DNA of 49,621 nt, filler included, from Sphacelaria rigidula (taxonomy: Eukaryota), in the NCBI GenBank assembly GCA_964200075.2. It is 3 parts of 3 records of this genome, joined end to end, with 100 filler letters (N's around TTAATTAATTAA, not from the genome) between each part and the next. Parts side by side here need not be neighbours in the genome. Positions count along the whole stretch, not along the records: positions 16,576 to 33,049 come from CAXNAA020001346.1; positions 33,150 to 49,621 come from CAXNAA020001347.1; 1 more part is not named here. One strand, written 5' to 3'. The position numbers and the translations under genes are program-made. Below, piece after piece: positions 24,301 to 34,300 of the stretch. Under the pieces are notes generated by a model. The model was not told where the DNA came from. It made no database searches and worked only from the letters and a program-made list of their open reading frames with translations. Each line of letters starts with the position of its first letter. Within the stretch, counting starts at the first letter, position 1.

Positions 24301-26381
24301 TCTACCCTGAAACTGTATGATGAGTTGTGAGGATAGCCGTGTGCATTGTGGCAGCGAATGGATTGATGAGTGATCCTACGATAGGGGGGAGGGAGGGGGG
24401 GAGGGGGGGCGTAATTCCACGAAAAAGGGCTCATGGGTGTGTCAGACGACCTAACGCACTCGCGTTGTGTTTGTATTTAAGTGAAAACGATGGCAAGTAG
24501 TATGTGAGGTTTTTTGCTTTCGTCTCATCTATAGTGGGCACCGGTCTACACCTTTCGGTATGCGTGGGCGCACCAGCCGGGGTCACACAGGAGGATGGCC
24601 AACACGAGAGAGCTTTTGTGCTTTTTTTTCTTTCTCGTTCTCCACCTTCCTTCTGCGTATGGACGAGGGATATTTGTTGGTAGGTGCGTTCGAACAACTT
24701 TCACTACTTTTGCGGGAGAAATGTCTCCAACCACTACCCCCCCCCCTCCCCCCCCCGGCCGCCGCCCTAGCGTAGGATGAACTCGACTAGCGTAGGATGA
24801 ACTTGACACGTACCTCATGTGGCGTCCATGTGTTCATTTCATACGTGTACTTCCTTTTACCTCCTTCCTACGTTTGGGTATATACCTTTTTGAGGTCTGG
24901 TGGATTATCAAGGTAGGCATATGGACTGCATAACTGTTCGATTGCGTCGATAGGGGTACTCTGCATGAGACAACCTACTGTACTCCGTACCTCTTCGAAA
25001 CCGGCTGTGGTGCCCGAGCTGGTGAAAGTTCCAAGGTTTATATAATCCCAAGAGCCGTCTTCGGTCTGAATGTAGTAGGAGATACCAACGGTCCTCTGAC
25101 GCGTGTCGCCGGCATAGAAGGCTGGACCATGCGCACACGGAAACGAACACGTCAATAGTTGTTCGTCGGAGTCATCGATAACAACGGGGAACGCTAGGCC
25201 AAAATCTAGTACCGCTTCCGAGAGAGTTGTGCCTCCATCGAGCATACCCCTGAAGGTATAATATAGAATTAGTACAGTACAAGAACGTATCATGGGTTTA
25301 TGATATTTGGCTGACGCAGGACGTTCGTTTAGGTGTGCTGGCTATAGCATTCATGTCCCGTAACCGGGTGAATACATTGAAACAGCCGATCATCAAAGTT
25401 GAGCATGAAGCTCTTCATTGAGGATGAAAACCCGGAGAATGAAGACCTTCGTATCCACATCAAATCTTCGAAATATGGTTCCATTCCCTCACCTATTGGT
25501 GGATATTGACAATTGCTACATGCCTCACAAAAAAAATTTCGATAACCGAAATGTTGGGGTCCTAGATGAAAAAACAAGTTGGGAGAATCTAGGTGATCCG
25601 ATCGGATCGCCGAATTGCCCCGACATTGTTACTTCACCTATGACCCCAACATTTCGGTTATCAAAATCACATCTTGTATCACGTGTAGTACTTGTCAATA
25701 GCTATCAGAAGGTGAAGGAAGGGAACCATATTTCAAAATTTCGGGGTGGATACAAAGGTCTTCATTCTCCGGGTTTTCATCCTCAATGAAAAGCTTCATG
25801 CTCAACTTTGATGACCGGCTGTTTTTGGCGAAAAAAAGGGTTGAACAAAGCCCGTTCGCAGCAGCAAGCAGCGTCGGGAGGATGGTGAGAACAGGAGGGT
25901 GCCGTTTACACTCGTCAAAGGAAGAACCTCTGTCGTTTGGGGAGGAACTGTGGTTTGTTGAGCGGTAGTTTGCAGATTTGTACTCATTTCTACGCGATTG
26001 TAGAGCGTCCACACGGTACGGCATTGAGACATGTCTTGCAAAAATGGCGTCGTTGACGAGGAGGTACGGACCTCAAGCATATCCGAAAAAGTCGGACGAA
26101 ACTTGGTCGACTATCGTCCCGAGGTTTGCAGCACGCTGTTATTTCGTTACCGAAATCGCCGCAATTGCGTTCATTCGACGATAATGATTCGTTGTACAAG
26201 GTGGAAGAAGAAGCTACTAGGGTAGACTGAATTTTCCTTCGCTTCTTGCGTACTCACCGATTTGAATTTGGGCCATGTGCTGAGGTTCATGGAAGTCGAA
26301 GACCAAGGCGCACTCGTCCAAGTTATCGGGATCGTATGGCTGCTGACAAGACCAACGGGATTCCACGTCGAGATCATCGTC
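21400..26381 (-). CDS. F5/8 type C (discoidin/CBM32-like) domain protein, partial model; 5' and 3' ends uncertain
   Basis: Phase-consistent GT-AG exons: 26381-26258 (DDDLDVESRWSCQQPYDPDNLDECALVFDFHEPQHMAQIQI), 25121-24991 (AFYAGDTRQRTV...TFTSSGTTAGFEE), 24081-23977 (...LSPNEWISISE), 23553-23520 (VKLEIFGVYCE), 22240-22012 (DSNPNQTCEPDPVEDRL...GKHAG) and tentatively 21556-21400. The SRWSC / AFYxGDxR / SSGTTxGFE / WxSIxEV motifs match the F5/8C-type domain as I recall it from brown algal proteins. Confidence 0.7.
24368..24784. mobile_element. MITE of the GAG-terminal (Sola2-like) family in an intron of the F5/8C gene
   Basis: Left end gagtgatcctacgataggg and right end ccctagcgtaggatgaactc. The right TIR is tandemly duplicated (to ~24803). 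No clean TSD. Confidence 0.6.
25380..25823. repeat. Loop-less palindrome / foldback element (~220-bp arms) in an intron of the F5/8C gene
   Basis: Centre gatccga|tcggatc at 25601/25602 and ends aaacagcc...ggctgttt. Long matching blocks include ttcattgaggatgaaaacccggagaatgaagacctt and gataaccgaaatgttggggtc. TTG lies on both flanks. Confidence 0.9.
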
Positions 26382-26929
26382 CTGATCATCAGCGATGTCA
26401 CAGGAAGAAACGCGTTAATGGGTCGTTATTCATGGGGTATTTTTCAGACTATGTATGTCGACGTGTTTAGACATTTTTTCGTGTTGAAAAAAACAAATCC
26501 GGAAAGAATATCCAACGCTGAATTTTCGGAGTAATATGTAGCCGGTGTTGAAATCTTCAATTCCTGGACTTCGTTGAGACATCTGCCGCCACCTTTTTCG
26601 ACAAGCATGTTTCTTTTCCAAAAAAGTCGAGAATGTCTGAAAGAAACCACTCAGTTGATACCAACCCCAAGCAGTGACCGAAAAACAACGAAGGGTATAC
26701 ACGTAGTAGAACGAGAGCTATACCGATGTCGCACCGTAGACTACAGCAGTGCTGGTCTGGAGGCATCTATCACAAGCCATACCACTTCAAGAAGGCCTGC
26801 TCATAATTATTTGTAAATATCACACTTTGTCCCCCTGCCTCTTCACAGTGGTACTGTGAGGTGAGACACCCTCCTCCATCGTCCTGAAAGTTGATGCCGA
26901 TGTTTCCGCGCTGGTACACGTTTACACGG

Positions 26930-26971
26930 TTAGGGTTAGGGTTAGGGTTAGGGTTAGGGTTAGGGTTAGGG
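26930..26971 (+). repeat. Interstitial telomeric repeat (TTAGGG)7
   Basis: Seven perfect units, visible directly. Degenerate copies also occur near 22617-22643 and 22863-22882. Confidence 0.95.
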
Positions 26972-29713
26972 TGAGGACGAATCATCACGACCACGAATCA
27001 CCAAATTCACCGTTGCTTCGGGCTGATTGCCCAAAACGGGGTAAAACGTTGACCGCTGGTCCAAGGGGGATCCACGCACCTCTTGCGCCATTCCACGTGT
27101 CTGGGCTGCGTGTACCTAGGTTGCAACGCTGAAAACAAAGCCTAGAGATTGATTCGTACGATTCGAACCAATCATACTAAAGCCAAGTGATTTCCAGACG
27201 ACTCATTATTTGTCCGACCCTTGCACGTTTATCCCCCGAAGTTCACTCATCCGCAAGTGTTCACACCTATTCTTGGAGTTGGACTGTGGAATATTTCACA
27301 TATATACCATGAATGATCAAGAACATTTTCATGGAAGAAGTATTTCTATATTGTGCTTTCGCCAGCTATCGGGGGTCCCAGGGTTTGCAGAGATTTGGGG
27401 GGATCGCATGCCCTTCTGGGACCTCCGATAACTATCGAAAGGAGAAAAACCTCATCTATGAAACGTTTTGTAATGCTTCCGTAGTTTATGCATGCAAAGG
27501 TGAAGGATCTGAATCCAGGAATTGGTGTAAAAAACTTCCCTTTCGCGCGATGAAGGAGTGAGCTGTAAAGGTACAAACCTCAAAATACTTAGTTTCAGTG
27601 TAGGGACGTATTTCAAAGTCAAAGCGAGAATTTTTGCGTCAGATTTTCGAGTTCCGCAACGAAACATTCGACAAATGTTCCTTGGGCTACCTCAGCACGG
27701 GTATGTTGTTTCATGTTTCGCTTCGAGGCACTCTCAACTGACTTCCGGGGTCTCCACGCCAGGATCCTACCCGGAAGCCGGAAAAAAGCTGTGGTAGAAA
27801 AAAAAAAAAACGTACACTGAATAGAGCCCGCACTTTCCTCGAAATAAGCGTGTCCTGGTTCGTACATCAGCAGAGGCCATGATCGGGTTGCTTTCAAAGC
27901 TTGCCTGCATACCCATATTATGCGCCAAGGCAACTTGGAGCGATGGAGAGATATGAAATACAACGAAAGCACAAGCCTTCACCCACAATCAAGGCTCACC
28001 CGTAGGGACTCGGCTAGTTCGCAGGAGATCTGATTACAAAAAACGGGGTCTCAAAGCAGTCGATAATTAGCCACAGGGCCAATTCGGCGGCAGTAGCCAA
28101 AGTGAGGTCAAAGGGGCACTCACACGCTCTCCTCGACAAGCGACGCGCGACACTCTTTTTGGGTACGTCTCTACTCCGACGGAAATTACAACCCCGAATA
28201 CCTGAACCAGTGACGAGCACATCCATAGCTAGTGCACTCCATACCATCAACCTGATTTCATCAAACCCGCCAAACCAGAAACAAGCGAACTGCACGTAAA
28301 GATCCAGTGAAGCCCTGGTCAGTAGTCTTGTTCAGTCACAACTGCCGAACGCAAGATGACACCTTCCCAATGCAGGAGTGACGCACGTGGACAGATAGCA
28401 CCCTGTAGGACACCCTACAGAGTTCAGCAACCCTGTACAGCATTTGCAAACCCTAGTACTCCTACCAGCATTTTGTATAGCGTTTTCTCGACACACTTAC
28501 TGTGAGCAATCCTGTGGAGGCACTCCCAATTTGAAAATTCCAAATTATTTTGTTACAACATCTGTCGAATCATTTTTATTTGGAGAAGCTGTTCGAAATA
28601 AATCCTCTTCTTGCCCAATGTTGAAAATTAGGCAACAAGAGGGTTTATCGGGAAAGAAGTCGTTCCAAATAAGCCCTACTTCTGCCCAATTTCCAATATT
28701 GGACAAAAAGAGGATGTATTTTGACCAGCTTCTGCTGTTGTTATGAGGTTATCAATGTTCAGCCGTGCTTCAGAGTAGCACCCCACGGATTGTGCAGATG
28801 GATCGCTCGATCCAACAATCAGCACAACTCGGCTCGTAAATCGTGCCCGAAGCAAGATACCTCAAGGCAGCTTCACACACATGCAGGTTGATATCCACTT
28901 GATCTTGAAGATTCTTGTTCACTCGTATTCGTTATCGCTCTGTTCAATGCTCTTTCACGTCGCTCACCGAGAGACTATAGTTATTGTTGCTCAGCCCCAC
29001 GTTCTCAAGTGACCCGGTGAGGGTAGTTGGTGGGCAAGTATAAATGTCGCATATTCCCTTTTATCGAAGTCACATCTGACCTAGTCACGCTCGATCAGAC
29101 CCGCAACTGTAAAATCCCGGATTTGGTCATAAGCGCCTCCTAGCCTCACGGTGCTGTACACATCCTATGTACTGGCAGATTTGGGATTCGTACAAAAGAA
29201 GATGCTCGGAATAAATGCTCACTTCGCCCGCCAACTCATCCAGAAATCGGGCAAAAAGAGAACTTATCGCGAACAGCCTCAGCTGGGCAAGTCCCATAAC
29301 CTGTACAGTAACCAGCGTATGAGAATCGAGAGGCATAATATATTGTTGAAGACTCATCATTTCCCCCCCCGATTCACATGCCATTTGGGGCAATGAGGGA
29401 ATTTCCAACAGCATGTGCTGCTGGAAAATCTCATACACAAACTGCGAGTATGTCCACACGGCTGAGCTCAGCTGTGGTAAGGTACGGCTACAGCATATAC
29501 ATTTCTAGTCTGTGCACTATAGTCCTGAAAACCCCGTAGTCCCGTGTTAATGAAAAAACAACCACAATAACAACAAGATGTAGCAGGGATATCGCGACAA
29601 CAATACGCCCGGTATGGCGCTGTCCTCGACTTTACGATACCATCCAGGGCAGCACCATCCCGTGCAGATAATTGTTGTGGCCTATATACTACAGAGCTAC
29701 CGCAGAGACATGC

Positions 29714-30137
29714 AACAGCCTGGATCCGCTTTTGAGGTTCAACATTTGGGTGAGGTTCAACTCGAAAGCAGTGTTTTCCCTGACCTAAAGTCATGACCAA
29801 TGAATTTCATATGGACGACCTCATGTCCCCTGACCTCCTTGAGACTATTTCTGGGGGTTGCCCGTCTTCCGTGCCCCCAAAGCGTATATGCGAAAGAACC
29901 TATTCCGGGCTAAAAACGTCCCCTTTTTCGCCCCGATATCGAGGCAAAAAGGTGCTTTAGCACATACGCTTTGGGGGCACGGAAGACGGGCAGCCCCCAG
30001 AAATAGTTTCAAGGAGGTCGGGGGGCATGAGGTCGTTCATTTGAAATTCATTGATCATGACGCTAGGTCAGGGGAAGCCCTGTTTTCGAGTTGAACCTCA
30101 CCCAAATGTTGAACCTCAAAAACGGATCCAGGCTGTT
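29714..30137. mobile_element. Foldback MITE, ~190-bp inverted arms, 4-bp TSD ATGC
   Basis: aacagcctggatccg...cggatccaggctgtt. Arms pair inward to ~29902/29948 around a short spacer. ATGC lies immediately left and right. Confidence 0.88.
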
Positions 30138-31918
30138 ATGCGCTATACGTATGGCTATACAATGTGGATGCCTGTCAGTTTAGATTTAGATATATGGGGA
30201 TGTTATATATACCGCCATGCAGCCGAGTGAGGTAGATCGTTACATGCAGTCATGACCAGCAAGCACGTAACAACTCAAAACAGCTACAGCACGAACATAA
30301 CAGACCGTTTTGAAAGGAAGTACTCTAACACCATGTTCTGTTGGGACGTTTCTCTCCCGGATATTTTTGCAGCCAGCATTGGGTAAACACATCTGTCTCC
30401 CTGCTGCCGCACAGTGGTCGCAATTCATGGGCGACCTATACGTCGCGGGCTGCTGAATGCGGTCCTCTCGCTCGTGCTGAAAAGCCACATCAGCACATGA
30501 ACTTGGATGGAAAACCCGACCGACGGCATACGAAAGTGTAATCATGGTAACAAAGAACTGTTCGAGGGCGTACAGAATATATCAAGGACGCCTGAGAAAT
30601 GAAGAAGGGCTTCCCAGGAACGAGAAACAAAATATGAAATGTTCGAGGACGAGAAGACAGCTCCGGATGACTGCACATCTGTCATGGACTCAGCAGCGCA
30701 GCTATTGCTCGAGATAGGGCTGAAACGCACGTATGTGGCTGTGTTGAAGGTGAGGATGCACGCTGGAGCTCGTATTCACTGTCACATAATTAGTCATATT
30801 GCTAGGCAAGTCGCGGTGCACGCACATAAACGAGATCTGGTGTACACCCGTCCGTGCCGCAGCCACCTTGAGCCGACGTCTTCGTGTCCCACCTTACGGC
30901 CGAGATGTCGACCCTCGTGAAAAACCGTGCTTCATCGAAGAACTGCCCTGCTCGCGCGAGAGGAAACACAGGGTACGGTAAAGGCGGATGTGAGTGAAAG
31001 GAAGGATACTCTAGCAACGCCGATGATTTTTGTCCGTTTTGACGCACTACCAACCCCATATATGACTTCGGTGTGTGGGATATGCTGCGTGTGATGACAT
31101 GTACAGCTTGCTTCCAGAACAGCGGTGAAGATTATGGCGGAGGCCGTGTACGAGAGGACCTACGACCATGGAGACTTTCTTGGCATGCGTGGAAGTGAAA
31201 TAGGATGCCTCCGGCGGTGGCTTAGCTGCTGCTGGCGTCTCCACATGGGGGCTGGCGTACTGTAAGCTGTGAGCTGCGGGGCGCTTTCGTTGATGTACGA
31301 TCAACGCGCACTGGGAGAAGGGTTCATCTCTTCAATTTGTCGGTTGTCGTTCACGCTGCCGAGGCCACCACAAGCGTTTCCTCGACGCGAGATGTGGTTC
31401 CACCACGAGCAAAGACGTTCTCGTAAGATACAGGCCACTACTTGTTGCTTCATTTGTGGCCTGCGCCGTCGAGCGCAGACACAAACACGTCTTTTCTGTA
31501 ATAGGTTGGGTTTCTCTTCAAGGAGCGCAGCAGCTAAGAGAAGACATGACCACACTGGCATGTCATCGTGTACCTACTTAGCAAGCTTAGCACAGGCAAG
31601 GGGAAGGATGTGGGATGTGTCATACATGCTGAGAGGACACGGTTCTCTTCACCACACAAGACTACCACCGGATACCTATCGTGGCATACATGTGTGAGGC
31701 TTAGATGGCTGCGTTGTCGTGCGCTTCGGCACGTTACCACGCCCAGAGCAGGAGCTCCATTTGTTTTTGTTCCTCATCGCGTACGCTGTTGTTCCCCTCG
31801 CTAAACCTCGTACAAGTCATCGTGACTTGATTGCAAGCAGATGAACCGTTTCTGTGTCTGGTATCTGATATGGATAGTTCCTAAAATTAATCTAGTTCCA
31901 TAGCCTCAAAACGGGAGT

Positions 31919-32069
31919 GAGCAATGGCACGGTGGGGGTCCACTTGTTATCTCTTAGGCTCTGCAGTGGGGGGGGGGGGGGGCTCTGCATGACAAATGTC
32001 TGGGCCTTAGTGCGCAGCCCCAGAAAACTTCTGAACTGAAAGGGCACCCCTGCTACCGTGGCATTGCTC
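31919..32069. mobile_element. 151-bp MITE, GAG...CTC termini, TSD GAGT (Sola2-like)
   Basis: gagcaatggcacggt ... accgtggcattgctc, with GAGT at 31915-31918 and 32070-32073. Confidence 0.8.
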
Positions 32070-32444
32070 GAGTCAACGATGAGAGAAGGTACTGTCCTCG
32101 GCTTTTCTCGGGCGTCAGAAAACGATGCCGGTAATATTTCGAGCCCGAAGAAAAATAGCAAAGGACAGGTAGTTTTTCATGTATGAAGTGTCTTATTTTC
32201 GCATCTGTATCGAGTTGTCAGCCACAAAATTTCTATTCCGAAACGCGAACGGGTGCAATTATCTGTTGCTGAATACTACTCTCAATATATATATATATAT
32301 ACCACCAAATCAAAGATATTTTGAGAATCCTGGCGCTGTTTTTCTTGATGCCTGAAGGAAGCCGAGGACATCGCCCCCCTCACCTTTTGACTGACCTTCT
32401 AAGGCTTGAATATAGACGAATTTCACCATCTGCTCATACTTGTT

Positions 32445-32701
32445 GAGTGATGCTGCGGTAGGGGTACACAAATATTTTCTGAGGCTAGAATTGTTAGGAG
32501 CCCTTAATCTCATCCCATATACGACTCATGAAAATGTGCGAAAGTACGCCAGCATTACTATTCCAATGTGCTGGGGATATCCCGAATGAATCTGCAAACG
32601 GGGATGCCCCGACCCATATTCTTGTGCGTCTAGAATCGTTAGGAGCCCCTGAACCAGACAAACGTTCGCGAAAAAAGTGCACCCCTACCGTAGCGTTGCT
32701 C
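32445..32701. mobile_element. 257-bp MITE, GAG...CTC termini, TSD TGTT (Sola2-like)
   Basis: gagtgatgctgcggtaggggtacac ... gtgcacccctaccgtagcgttgctc, with TGTT at 32441-32444 and 32702-32705. Confidence 0.82.
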
Positions 32702-32937
32702 TGTTGCCAAACACAGAAATGGTCTGTTTGCCCACAGTTAGGCGCAATGCTTGTATGGGCCTTAGGGTGGGGAACAACAGCACTGGGCTGAGTGCTCCCG
32801 CGCTTCTTGAAACGTTACCCAACCTATCTCGTACAAGACGCTTTTGGTCACTGCTCGACCACGTGGACCACAAACGAAGTGGCGAGTAGTCCGTATGTTA
32901 CGGGAAAGCCATGCTACGGTGGGGGCCGTACATTTGA

Positions 32938-33228
32938 AAGTGAGGCCACGGTAGGGGTGCATTTTTTAGACTAGATAACAGCCGATTTTGTATTTTGGGG
33001 TTCAAACAAAATATGGGGCTGAAGTGGCATATCTGTCTTGCACGAAAGANNNNNNNNNNNNNNNNNNNNNNNNNNNNNNNNNNNNNNNNNNNNTTAATTA
33101 ATTAANNNNNNNNNNNNNNNNNNNNNNNNNNNNNNNNNNNNNNNNNNNNCGTGTTTTGGATGAGATAAGGGGCTCCTAATAATTCTAACCTCAGAAATTA
33201 TTTGTGTACCCCTACCGTAGCGTCACTC
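32938..33228. mobile_element. Two MITE ends of the same GAG-terminal family on either side of the assembly linker
   Basis: aagtgaggccacggtaggggtgc at 32938 and gtacccctaccgtagcgtcactc ending at 33228. 33150-33228 is an inverted copy of 32445-32523. The flanks do not match, so these are probably different copies. Confidence 0.6.
33050..33149. other. Artificial contig-joining linker (44 N + TTAATTAATTAA + 44 N)
   Basis: Same structure as 16476-16575. Confidence 0.97.
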
Positions 33229-34300
33229 AGCGCATTTCCGGAGCGATCGAAAAAATATATTTATACTTGTGATGTCAGTCAAATGTACAGAGACTCGTCG
33301 CTCCCCGTATCCCTCACCATCGAAAGACGACGTGTATGTGTCGGGCAGGTGGGCGCGCTTTGCCTCTCTGTCTCGGTACCGGCCGTGGAAGAGATCAAGT
33401 GGGGACTCTTGGCCGTGGAGCATGTCGATACGTCATGGGGATCAACTAGACTCTATATTCACGAGAAACTGGTCTAGGAATTGTGTTTGTGTGACACTTG
33501 GAATATAATGCTCATGTTTGCCGACACGTCTCAGGTTTGTGTCACACATGATGTTTGGTCTATTAATAGGAAGCGAGAGCTTCGCCTTGTTGATAGGTAG
33601 ATGTAGGAGACCTGACCTATGGCGGATAATGGCACTTTGACTCACTCGACCACCCAGTTGATTTTCTGGTAGCCAAAACCTTCTGTGGGTACTTTGGATG
33701 CGAGCGAACCCCAGGATCAAGCTCAAGTGGGTTAGGAATGGGAATTCAGGTGTGGCTCCCGACTTGTGCCTCATCATTACGAATGTCTCTACAAAAAGCA
33801 GTCGGGCCTTGAACAAGGTCCCACAAGACGAAGGACGCTTTCGAAGGAACATCTTCGCGCCTTCTATGGCATCAGCTAACCACAATGGAACGTCCAAGTG
33901 GTGCGGGAGCGTGCGTTGTGTGTGTTAGCTGACCTGTCCCAACCAGATACCCGTGGGCATCTTACCCACTGCAGCAGACAGCTCAAGCAACAGAAATCTG
34001 GTCTTGCTCATCCTCAATTGTACAATACTTCTTCACCAGGTCATACTCCATCAACAATTCTCAAGAGCTTACGGAACCATGCGGACCCATACCAATAAAG
34101 CCCTGATGAAACCCTCCAGACATGTATTAGCCAAAAGGCTGCGGTGCACCTGTCAGGATCCAAGACTTAAAGTATGCCAAGCTACGGGAACGAGAGACCG
34201 AAATGAAATAACAGAACTCAAGAACAGCACGGCTTCGAATCACATTGACAGCATTCGTCCCCGCCAACCTCCACCACCCGGATATAACTCCAAGGTGCGG

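Noticed and set aside
26700-28400. Upstream exons of the F5/8C gene (candidates near 27012-27116, 26770-26910, 27815-27905)
   Set aside because: Several alternative frames and splice sites are possible and none can be chosen from sequence alone.
32445-33228. One large foldback element with 80-bp arms spanning the gap
   Set aside because: The left end already pairs with 32701 via the TGTT TSD. The 33228 end lies across an artificial linker and has non-matching flanks.
33240-34200. Possible degenerate retroelement (DIRS/RT-like) coding remnant
   Set aside because: No diagnostic RT, RNase H or integrase motif could be read in any frame.
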